In this document: positions 1 to 6,817 of the stretch, in pieces
Position numbering within the stretch: the stretch's first letter is position 1
How the letters are laid out: every line of letters begins with the position of its first letter
NCBI GenBank assembly: GCA_037127955.1
Contig: JBAXXI010000004.1
Location: 1 to 38,495, forward strand
Reading direction: 5' to 3'
Origin: Candidatus Berkelbacteria bacterium
GTDB lineage: Bacteria > Patescibacteriota > UBA1384 > UBA12157
Length of the DNA: 38,495 nt
Position numbers and translations under genes: made by a program
Notes under the pieces: generated by a model
Databases searched by the model: none
Seen by the model: only the letters and a program-made list of their open reading frames with translations
What the model was told of the DNA's origin: nothing

Positions 1-96
1 TTGGTTGAACTTACGACTTATTCAGGCTTGTTTAAAATACCAATTCGACTCATCACGTCTATTTTAAAGTATCAATATTTTGTTTAAATTTAAGAT

Positions 97-125
97 TTGA
101 CAAAAGCTTCTGAATCGATTTTAAT
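97..125 (+). promoter_or_regulatory. Candidate sigma70-type promoter upstream of the first CDS
   Basis: Perfect -35 TTGACA at 97-102, a 17-nt spacer, then TTTAAT at 120-125. It lies about 60 nt upstream of ATG 184, which has an AGAGGGGA Shine-Dalgarno at about 168-176. Confidence 0.35.
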
Positions 126-183
126 TATTATATAGACAAAAAATGAATTTAACGAAATACTTCTAGTAAGAGGGGATTCTTAT

Positions 184-1398
184 ATGGAAAAACGAGCCAA
201 AGCGTTTATTAAGGCTATTAGTACTGTACTCAGTTTTTTTAACCCAACTTTTCAGGTTTTATTTTGGTATTCTTTGAAAAATCTTGACAAGATTGAGCCG
301 AAAATTGATGATTCAGTTAAAACTACTAAAAAACACTTAGATAAAGCTATTGATTGGTTGTTGTATCAACAAACTCTTCAACCTGATTCTGGTATCGCCT
401 GTTGGGTTGGTTTTAAATTTGGTTTTACTCATATCGATAAATCTTACCCAGAAGTAACTGGTTATATCGTAACCACTCTGTGTGACTATTATGAAATGTT
501 TAAAGATGAAAAAATTCTAAAAGCTGCCATCAAGGCCGCTGATTTTGAATTGCCGTTACAAAACGAAGACGGATCTTTTCCAGGTAGTGTAGTTGGTCGT
601 TTAACTGGGCCGAGTGTATTTAACTCAGCTCAGATTATCAATGGTTTAGTCCGTATTTTTGAAGTAACAGGTGATCAAAAGTATTTAGATTCTGCCCGAA
701 GGGCTACCGATTGGATCGCTAGTATTCAAGACGAAGATGGTTCTTGGACAAAGTTAAATTATATGGGTATGAAACGGGTTTACGATTCTAAAGTTGATCA
801 ATCGCTTCTAGATGTTGATCGAGTTTCTAAAACCAATAAATACAAAAAAGTGGTTGAGAAAAATTACGCTTTTATTGCCACACAACAACAGGCTAATGGT
901 TGGTTTGCTAATTGTGATAATTCTAAAGATAAGAACGAAATTCCACTCACTCATACGATTGGTTACACTATCGAAGGTTTAGTTTCTTGCTATCTGATGG
1001 ATCAAAATAAGCAAGCTTTAGAAATTGCTCAAAAAACCGCTGACGTTTTGTTGGAAAAATTTGAAAAAAATCCAAAAATGTTTTCTGGCCGATTTAATAA
1101 AGATTGGCAAGATTCAAGTAAAAGTAGCTGTATGACTGGAAACGCCCAGATTTCTATGTGTTGGATCAAGCTTTACCGGATTACTGGCGAAAAACGTTAT
1201 CTAGCGGCGGCCCTTAAAATGATTGAGTTTTTGAAAAATGCGCAAATTGAGTCAAATATTAAAACTATCGATGGCGCTATTCCGAGTTCTTACCCATTCT
1301 GGGGTGAATACAATGCTTTTACCTTGAATAGTTGGGGTGTAAAATATTTTGCTGATGCTTTAATTTTGGAATATCAAGAAAAAACTAAGAAAGGATAA
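184..1398 (+). CDS. Prenyltransferase / squalene-hopene-cyclase-repeat (QW motif) alpha/alpha-toroid protein
   Basis: 404-aa ORF with repeated QW-like motifs: KAIDWLLYQQ, LQNEDGSFPG, RATDWIASIQDEDGSW, FIATQQQANGWF. Good SD. The next gene starts 2 nt after its stop. Confidence 0.6.
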   Translation: MEKRAKAFIKAISTVLSFFNPTFQVLFWYSLKNLDKIEPKIDDSVKTTKKHLDKAIDWLLYQQTLQPDSGIACWVGFKFGFTHIDKSYPEVTGYIVTTLCDYYEMFKDEKILKAAIKAADFELPLQNEDGSFPGSVVGRLTGPSVFNSAQIINGLVRIFEVTGDQKYLDSARRATDWIASIQDEDGSWTKLNYMGMKRVYDSKVDQSLLDVDRVSKTNKYKKVVEKNYAFIATQQQANGWFANCDNSKDKNEIPLTHTIGYTIEGLVSCYLMDQNKQALEIAQKTADVLLEKFEKNPKMFSGRFNKDWQDSSKSSCMTGNAQISMCWIKLYRITGEKRYLAAALKMIEFLKNAQIESNIKTIDGAIPSSYPFWGEYNAFTLNSWGVKYFADALILEYQEKTKKG

Positions 1399-1399
1399 A

Positions 1400-2716
1400 A
1401 TGCCTGTTAAAAAAACTAAAAAAGAATTTAAACCAAAAATCGCGGTTGTCGGTATTGGTTATGTTGGTTTGCCGGTGGCTTTGCTTTTCGCCAAAGCTGG
1501 TTACGATGTGATTGGTTTAGATGTTGATCAAGCTCGTGTTGCCATGATTATGTCAGGTGAAAATCCGATTAAGGGTCGTGAACCGGGCATGGATGAATTG
1601 GTTAAAACTGTAGTTAAAACTAAAAAATTCTTAGCTACAACAGATGCCACTAAACTTGGCGACAGAGATATGATTTTAGTAGCAGTTCAAACTCCAGTTG
1701 AAGAGGATCATATGCCTCGTTACGAAGCTCTTCGAGCGGCCTGCAAGAGTATTGCTCATCATATGAAGCGAGGCGCCCAAATTGTAATCGAATCAACTAT
1801 TGCTCCAACCACCATGGAAAAAATAGTTAGACCGGCGATCGAACACGAAAACGGGTTTGAGCTTAATAAAGATTATTTGTTATCAAACTGTCCAGAACGA
1901 GTGATGCCAGGTAAATTAATCTATAATTTAACTCATTATGATCGTTTAGTCGGAGCTTTTAACAAAAAAGCGGGCGAACAGGTTAAGAGTTTGTACGAAA
2001 AGGTGTTAGGAATTAAGGTTGATATCACCGATCCTTTGACCGCTGAAATCGTTAAAAGTGGCGAAAATACTTATCGAGATGTACAAATTGCTTTTGCTAA
2101 CGAAATGGCCCTGCTTTCAGAGGCCTACGGAGCCAATGTGTGGAAAGTTCGCGAGTTTTTGAATAAATGCCCGGGTCGGGCAATGCATTTGCCTGGAGCC
2201 GGTGTAGGGGGCCACTGTATTCCTAAGGATAGTTGGTTGTTAATTTATGGAGCTAAAGATTCAATTACTCCTAAATTAATTCCTCTTGCCCGTTCAATTA
2301 ATAATTTTATGCCTCAACATATGTTTGACCTGTTAAAAATGGGTGTCGAGGAGACTGGTAAAGATATCAATAAGGTTAAAGTGGCTATTTTAGGCTATGC
2401 TTACGATGCCAATTCTGACGACACTAGAAACACTCCGACCACTGATTTGATGAAGGTTTTAGACGAAAATAAGGTTAAATATACTGTACAAGACCCTTAT
2501 GTTAAGGAGTACAATACTGACTTAGGCAAAACCTTAAAAGGCGCCGACGCAATCGTCCTTATGGTTGGTCACGATGAATATATTAAAGTCGGGATTAAGG
2601 GTTTAAAAGATATGTTACAGGTCAGCGAGCCTATTGTGATTGATGGCCGCAATATCTTTGACAAACAAAAAGCCGAAAAAGAAGGTTTTGTGTACAAAGG
2701 CGTAGGGAACATTTAA
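1400..2716 (+). CDS. Nucleotide-sugar 6-dehydrogenase, WecC-like (UDP-ManNAc / UDP-HexNAc dehydrogenase family)
   Basis: N-terminal Rossmann motif KIAVVGIGYVGLPVALLFA, catalytic-Cys motif GGHCIPKD, 438 aa. UDP-glucose/GDP-mannose dehydrogenase family architecture. Confidence 0.8.
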   Translation: MPVKKTKKEFKPKIAVVGIGYVGLPVALLFAKAGYDVIGLDVDQARVAMIMSGENPIKGREPGMDELVKTVVKTKKFLATTDATKLGDRDMILVAVQTPVEEDHMPRYEALRAACKSIAHHMKRGAQIVIESTIAPTTMEKIVRPAIEHENGFELNKDYLLSNCPERVMPGKLIYNLTHYDRLVGAFNKKAGEQVKSLYEKVLGIKVDITDPLTAEIVKSGENTYRDVQIAFANEMALLSEAYGANVWKVREFLNKCPGRAMHLPGAGVGGHCIPKDSWLLIYGAKDSITPKLIPLARSINNFMPQHMFDLLKMGVEETGKDINKVKVAILGYAYDANSDDTRNTPTTDLMKVLDENKVKYTVQDPYVKEYNTDLGKTLKGADAIVLMVGHDEYIKVGIKGLKDMLQVSEPIVIDGRNIFDKQKAEKEGFVYKGVGNI

Positions 2717-2736
2717 AATTTAAATTTGTTCTATAA

Positions 2737-2775
2737 AAAACGCTGTTTTGTCTTGACAAAACAGCGTTTTTGTGA
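2737..2775 (+). terminator. Rho-independent terminator after the dehydrogenase gene
   Basis: Inverted repeat AAAACGCTGTTTTGTC (2737-2752) / GACAAAACAGCGTTTT (2755-2770), followed by extra T residues. Confidence 0.75.
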
Positions 2776-2781
2776 TATACT
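2753..2781 (+). promoter_or_regulatory. Near-consensus sigma70 promoter with extended -10, embedded in the preceding terminator
   Basis: TTGACA (2753-2758), exactly 17 nt of spacer, TATACT (2776-2781), preceded by TGa (2773-2775), which is the extended -10 TGn. Confidence 0.7.
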
Positions 2782-2850
2782 CATATGTTTCAATCATAAA
2801 ACACCCGAAAGGGATGTACCTGACAATTGAGTCAAAAAAAGGGGATAAGT

Positions 2851-3258
2851 ATGTCTGTAGACATAAACGAAGTAGCGAAAGCAATCCAGGAAAGCAAAGA
2901 AGTAATTTTCTTTGGTCGAAGTTTCATTACGGCCGAATTTGCCCAGGTGATGTCAATCGGTGAAGACGGAAAAGGGTTGACTGGGAGAATTGGTGTTACA
3001 TTTTACCTAAAGACAGCTGGCGTCAATTTTACCACTGCGGCCCAACTTTTTCCTAATAAAAAATTTGTAGATGGAAAAGTTAAGAATGAAATTGCCGAAA
3101 GTTGGGATCAGTTAGGTTCCTTTAATGCGTTAGACATGAGAACGTGGTGTAAACTTGCGAATGTTCTTGGAAAGACAGTCCACTATTATGTGGATATTTC
3201 CGGTGGTACGGGTTGCGAATACGCTAAAGTGGTGTCATTTTACCCGCAATCGGAATAA
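2851..3258 (+). CDS. Hypothetical protein (135 aa), no recognisable family
   Basis: The ORF is open from 2827 (TTG), but ATG 2851 follows the SD-like AAAGGGGA at about 2838-2845. It is bracketed by its own promoter (2753-2781) and terminator (3272-3298). No TM segment or signal peptide is evident. Confidence 0.6.
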   Translation: MSVDINEVAKAIQESKEVIFFGRSFITAEFAQVMSIGEDGKGLTGRIGVTFYLKTAGVNFTTAAQLFPNKKFVDGKVKNEIAESWDQLGSFNALDMRTWCKLANVLGKTVHYYVDISGGTGCEYAKVVSFYPQSE

Positions 3259-3271
3259 ATAATTAAAACGG

Positions 3272-3298
3272 CCCCGGAGAAATCCGGGGTTATTTTTA
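3272..3298 (+). terminator. Rho-independent terminator
   Basis: CCCCGGA (3272-3278), GAAA tetraloop, TCCGGGG (3283-3289), then TTATTTTTA. Confidence 0.8.
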
Positions 3299-3326
3299 TA
3301 TTAAAAAACATTTTTACCTTGAATAT

Positions 3327-3354
3327 TTGCATATTTTTTTAGTCGGCCTAGAAT
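3327..3354 (+). promoter_or_regulatory. Weak candidate promoter for the Cys-rich ORF
   Basis: TTGCAT (3327-3332), 16 nt of spacer, TAGAAT (3349-3354). The -35 match is poor. Confidence 0.25.
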
Positions 3355-3402
3355 GGAGGTAAATCAGTCATTGATGAACTTTAAAAAAAGGAGGTCAAGT
3401 CA

Positions 3403-3702
3403 ATGTGCGATAAAAAAAATTGTACCAATCCGCTTTATTTTCATTCTAAGAGTCCAGATGGACTCAAGTTTTATCGAGAAAATTGTGGCCAGATTTTTCT
3501 TGTGCCTAAAGATAAAATCCAACTTGAGCGGTATGATGGTTACGGGGCAAATACTGAATGTAATCAATGTATAAACTATTTAACCTGTTGTGTCCCAAGT
3601 TATGATAATGGTTTTATCTTTCGTTGTGCTTGTTGTGGCAGGTTTTATCGACTTACCCTTTTGGACTTTATTCATATAGACGGTAAACCCGTCTGTGCCT
3701 AA
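3403..3702 (+). CDS. Small cysteine-rich protein (99 aa, 11 Cys), putative zinc-ribbon-like, unknown family
   Basis: Strong SD AGGAGG (3389-3394) 8 nt before the ATG. Cys patterns: CxxxxC, CxxC, CC, CxCC and a C-terminal Cys. Its own terminator follows. Confidence 0.6.
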   Translation: MCDKKNCTNPLYFHSKSPDGLKFYRENCGQIFLVPKDKIQLERYDGYGANTECNQCINYLTCCVPSYDNGFIFRCACCGRFYRLTLLDFIHIDGKPVCA

Positions 3703-3707
3703 CTTTC

Positions 3708-3734
3708 GAGGAGGTATTTTTGTACCTCCTTTTA
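3708..3734 (+). terminator. Rho-independent terminator
   Basis: GAGGAGGTA (3708-3716) / TACCTCCTT (3723-3731) with a T-rich tail. Confidence 0.65.
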
Positions 3735-3799
3735 ATTTATATTTGATTTGACAAAACTTTGATAATTTGCGAAATTAAAGATAGAAAATAAGACTTTTA

Positions 3800-3872
3800 G
3801 ACTTATAGATCTATAGTCGTTTAGATACAGTCTAAAATTTAAGCTACTATAAGTCTGTAGATCTAAAAGACT
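3800..3872 (+). promoter_or_regulatory. Operator-like pair of inverted repeats in the leader of the 3896 gene block
   Basis: The 8-bp palindrome TAGATCTA occurs twice (3806-3813 and 3858-3865, 52 bp apart). The first is flanked by GACT...AGTC words and the second by AGTCT...AGACT. AGACT/AGTCT words occur at 3791, 3799, 3829, 3852, 3868 and 3876. The region lies between TTGACA at 3748-3753 and the SD AGGAGG at 3884-3889. Confidence 0.4.
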
Positions 3873-3895
3873 ATAAGACTATTAGGAGGTTTTGA

Positions 3896-4867
3896 ATGAA
3901 CGCAGCGGTTATTGGAATTGGAAATATGGGTAAGCATCATGCTCGAAATTATTCGGAGATTCAAGATGTGGATCTCGTCGCAGTGGCTGATCTAAATGAA
4001 GAATTAGGTCAAGAAACCGCTGAACGGTTTGGTTGTAAGTACTATAAAAATTATCAAGAAATGCTTGATAATGAAAAAATTGATGTGATTACAATTGCCG
4101 TGCCAACCAAGTATCACAAGGATGTGGCTTTGGCTTGTATTGAAAAAGGCATCAATATTTTACTTGAAAAACCAATTGCGGCCACAGTCGAAGAGGCTAA
4201 AGAGGTGGTGACGGCGGCTAAAGCTAAAAATGTTAAATTCACAGTTGGTCATATTGAGCGTTTTAATCCAGCCGTGATTAAGTTAAAAGAATTGATTGAT
4301 AAGGGTGAACTAGGCGATATTGTCTCGATTCGAAATACTCGTATCGGGCCAATGCCAACGCAAATTAAAGATGCCAACGTGGTCATCGACATTGGTGTCC
4401 ACGATATTGACTTGATTAACTGGATGTTGGGTAAGTTGCCAACCGAAATTATGGCTACTGGCGGTAATGCTTTGAATAAAATCCGTCAGGATTATGTCGA
4501 CGTTTTCTTAAAATACGGCAATGTTTCCGGGGCAGTTCAAGCTAACTGGATTACACCAGCTAAGGTTCGTCGTATGTCGGTTTGCGGAACTAAGGCTTAT
4601 GTTGAATTAAACTTTATTACTCAGGAATTAGTGCTTTATGAAACCAAATATTCACTAGAGTACGATAATTTTGGTGAATTTATCATTAAATTTGGTGAGC
4701 CAAAAGAAGGTGAATTAATCGCGGTTGACAATATTGAACCTTTAAATGCGGAAATTTGTGCTTTTATCAAAGCGATTAAGGAAGATACTAGACCAGTAAT
4801 GACCGCGGATGAAGCGATTGAGGCTTTGGATGTAGCCTGTAAAGTCGACACGATGGTTAGAGGATAA
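3896..4867 (+). CDS. Gfo/Idh/MocA-family NAD-dependent oxidoreductase; by context a WlbA/WbpB-type UDP-HexNAc(A) 3-dehydrogenase
   Basis: N-terminal Rossmann motif AAVIGIGNMGKHHARN, an EKP motif (LLEKPIA), 323 aa. Immediately upstream of WbpD-like and WbpE-like genes. Confidence 0.7.
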   Translation: MNAAVIGIGNMGKHHARNYSEIQDVDLVAVADLNEELGQETAERFGCKYYKNYQEMLDNEKIDVITIAVPTKYHKDVALACIEKGINILLEKPIAATVEEAKEVVTAAKAKNVKFTVGHIERFNPAVIKLKELIDKGELGDIVSIRNTRIGPMPTQIKDANVVIDIGVHDIDLINWMLGKLPTEIMATGGNALNKIRQDYVDVFLKYGNVSGAVQANWITPAKVRRMSVCGTKAYVELNFITQELVLYETKYSLEYDNFGEFIIKFGEPKEGELIAVDNIEPLNAEICAFIKAIKEDTRPVMTADEAIEALDVACKVDTMVRG

Positions 4868-4871
4868 AATT

Positions 4872-4954
4872 AATTCTCAATTTTCAATTCTCAATTTCCA
4901 ATTAATTATTCAATTGGGAGCTAAATGGGAACTGAAAACTGGGAACTGGAAACT
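4872..4954 (+). repeat. Two arrays of heptad repeats forming a long imperfect dyad
   Basis: AATTYYC x4 (4872-4899) and GRRAACT x4 (4927-4954, reverse complement AGTTYYC). An apical stem CCAATT (4898-4903) / AATTGG (4912-4917) lies between the arrays. Confidence 0.6.
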
Positions 4955-4964
4955 TTGAGGGATT

Positions 4965-5576
4965 ATGTCTAATAATTATTTTGCTCATGACACAGCCAAT
5001 ATCGAAAAAGATGTTGAAATCGGTAGTGGGACTAAAATTTGGGCTTATGCTCATGTTCGAACCGGAACAAAACTTGGTCAGAATTGTATTTTAGGCGAAA
5101 ACGTTTTTATCGATGAAGGTTCGGAAATCGGTGATAATTGTAAAATTCAAAATCATGCCATTATTTATCATAAAACGATTTTGGAAAACGGGGTTTTTAT
5201 TGGCCCAAATGTTTGTTTTACTAACGATAAACAACCAAGAGCGATTAACGTTGATGGTAGTTTGAAGTCGGCCGATGATTGGGTGTCTTCAACCATAAAA
5301 ATCGGTCAAGGGGCGGCGATTGGGGCACATTCCTGTATTACACCAGGTGTGACCATTGGTCAGTGGGCTATGGCTGGCTCAGGTTCAGTTATCACTAAAG
5401 ATGTACCTGATTACGGTTTAGTTTATGGTAATCCAGCTAAACTTCATGGGTTTGTTTGTGCTTGCGGTAAAAAACTAACCGATGTAGTATCTGAAACAGA
5501 TAGTATCGTCACATTAAAATGCGAATGCGGGGAAGAAGTTAAGATAGATAAAGAAACATATTCTAAAATAATTTAA
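4965..5576 (+). CDS. Left-handed beta-helix N-acetyltransferase, WbpD/WlbB-like (UDP-2-acetamido-3-amino-2,3-dideoxy-hexuronate N-acetyltransferase type)
   Basis: Hexapeptide repeats and CKIQNHAIIYHKTILENGVFIGPNVCFTND, which closely resembles the WbpD core. C-terminal CxC...CxC tail (FVCACG...LKCECG). Confidence 0.8.
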   Translation: MSNNYFAHDTANIEKDVEIGSGTKIWAYAHVRTGTKLGQNCILGENVFIDEGSEIGDNCKIQNHAIIYHKTILENGVFIGPNVCFTNDKQPRAINVDGSLKSADDWVSSTIKIGQGAAIGAHSCITPGVTIGQWAMAGSGSVITKDVPDYGLVYGNPAKLHGFVCACGKKLTDVVSETDSIVTLKCECGEEVKIDKETYSKII

Positions 5577-5601
5577 TTAATTGGTCTAGAAAGTGGTTAA
5601 G

Positions 5602-6696
5602 ATGAAAATTAATATTGCAACTCCTCAGATTGGAAAAGAGGAAATTGACGCTGTAGTAGCGGTGATGAAAACAGGGATGCTGGCTCAAGGGCCAAAAGTG
5701 GCTGAATTTGAAGAAGCTTTCGCTAAATTTATCGGGACAAAATACGCTATTGCTACCTCAAACGGCACAACTGCACTAGAAGTAGCTTTGAGAGCTTACG
5801 GTATTGGTGAAGGCGACGAAGTTATCACGACTCCATTTACTTTTATTGCTTCAGCTAATTCGATTCTTTACACTGGTGCTCGACCGGTTTTTGTTGATAT
5901 TGATCCAGAAACTTTTAATATTAATCCTGAAGCGATTGAAAAAGCTATTACCAAAAAGACCAAGGCTATTTTGCCAGTTCATCTTTATGGTAGTGCTTGC
6001 GATATGACCAAAATCATGGCGATTGCTAAAAAGCATAAATTAGCGGTAATTGAAGATGCCTGCCAGGCTCATGGCGCCCAGTGGAAAGAGAAAAAAGTTG
6101 GTTCGTTTGGAACCGGTTGTTTTTCCTTGTACCCAACTAAAAACATGACTGTTGGCGAAGGTGGTATGATTACCACTAACGACAAAGCGGTTTATGAAAA
6201 ATCACTACTTTTACGAGCACATGGCTCAAAAGTGCGTTATTATCATGATATTTTAGGTTATAACTACCGTATGTCAGATATGGAAGGGGCAATTGGGACT
6301 GAACAGCTCAAAAAATTACCTAAGTTTAATGCGGCTCGCAATAAAAATGCAGCTTATTTAAGTAAAGAATTGGGTAAATTAAAAGGTATAATTGTGCCAC
6401 TTGCGCCAAAAAACGTTAGCCATGTTTATCACCAGTACACGATTCGAGTAACTAAAGATTTTCCAATCTCAAGAGATGAAGTTTTGGCAAAATTAACTGA
6501 AGTAGGTATTGGTACCGCGGTTTTCTACCCATTACCAGTTAATCGTCAGGTCGTTTACAAAAATCTTGGTTACAAACCAAATACTCCAATTGCTGACGAA
6601 TTAACCTCTCAGGTTTTAAGTTTGCCGGTTCACCCAGGACTTTCGAAAGCTGATTTGGAATTTATCGTTAAAACATTTCAGAATATGACGAAATAA
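5602..6696 (+). CDS. DegT/DnrJ/EryC1/StrS-family PLP aminotransferase, WbpE/WlbC-like
   Basis: N-terminus MKINIATPQIGKEEIDAV, then ATSNGTTALEVAL, and FSLYPTKNMTVGEGG containing the PLP-binding Lys. The ORF is open from GTG 5593; ATG 5602 is preferred. Confidence 0.85.
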   Translation: MKINIATPQIGKEEIDAVVAVMKTGMLAQGPKVAEFEEAFAKFIGTKYAIATSNGTTALEVALRAYGIGEGDEVITTPFTFIASANSILYTGARPVFVDIDPETFNINPEAIEKAITKKTKAILPVHLYGSACDMTKIMAIAKKHKLAVIEDACQAHGAQWKEKKVGSFGTGCFSLYPTKNMTVGEGGMITTNDKAVYEKSLLLRAHGSKVRYYHDILGYNYRMSDMEGAIGTEQLKKLPKFNAARNKNAAYLSKELGKLKGIIVPLAPKNVSHVYHQYTIRVTKDFPISRDEVLAKLTEVGIGTAVFYPLPVNRQVVYKNLGYKPNTPIADELTSQVLSLPVHPGLSKADLEFIVKTFQNMTK

Positions 6697-6713
6697 AGCA
6701 TTTTTTATCTATA

Positions 6714-6760
6714 AAAGGGCAGTTTTGGTTTTACCAGGCTGTCCTTTTGTTATTTTTTTG
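6714..6760 (+). terminator. Rho-independent terminator
   Basis: AAAGGGCAG (6714-6722) / CTGTCCTTT (6739-6747), followed by TTGTTATTTTTTTG. Confidence 0.6.
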
Positions 6761-6817
6761 TTAGAATAGATATATAGCTTTTAGATTAAACCGAATAAGA
6801 GTATTTCTGGAGTGAAA

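Noticed and set aside
2772-2963. Same-strand out-of-frame ORFs: 2772-2963, 3353-3574, 5804-6007, 7348-7533 and 27207-27392
   Set aside because: They overlap better-supported reading frames that have SD sites and recognisable motifs or their own promoter and terminator. They have no independent translation signals.
3748-3776. A promoter call from the perfect TTGACA at 3748-3753
   Set aside because: At 16-18 nt spacing the candidate -10 hexamers (GAAATT, CGAAAT) are poor. GATAAT at 3761-3766 is too close to the -35. It is mentioned in the leader finding but not annotated as a promoter.
5454-5546. Cys4 (CxC...CxC) tail on the WbpD-like acetyltransferase as a novel fusion
   Set aside because: From memory, C-terminal extensions, often Cys-containing, occur on many LbH sugar N-acetyltransferases of this subfamily, so it is probably a family feature and not a novelty.
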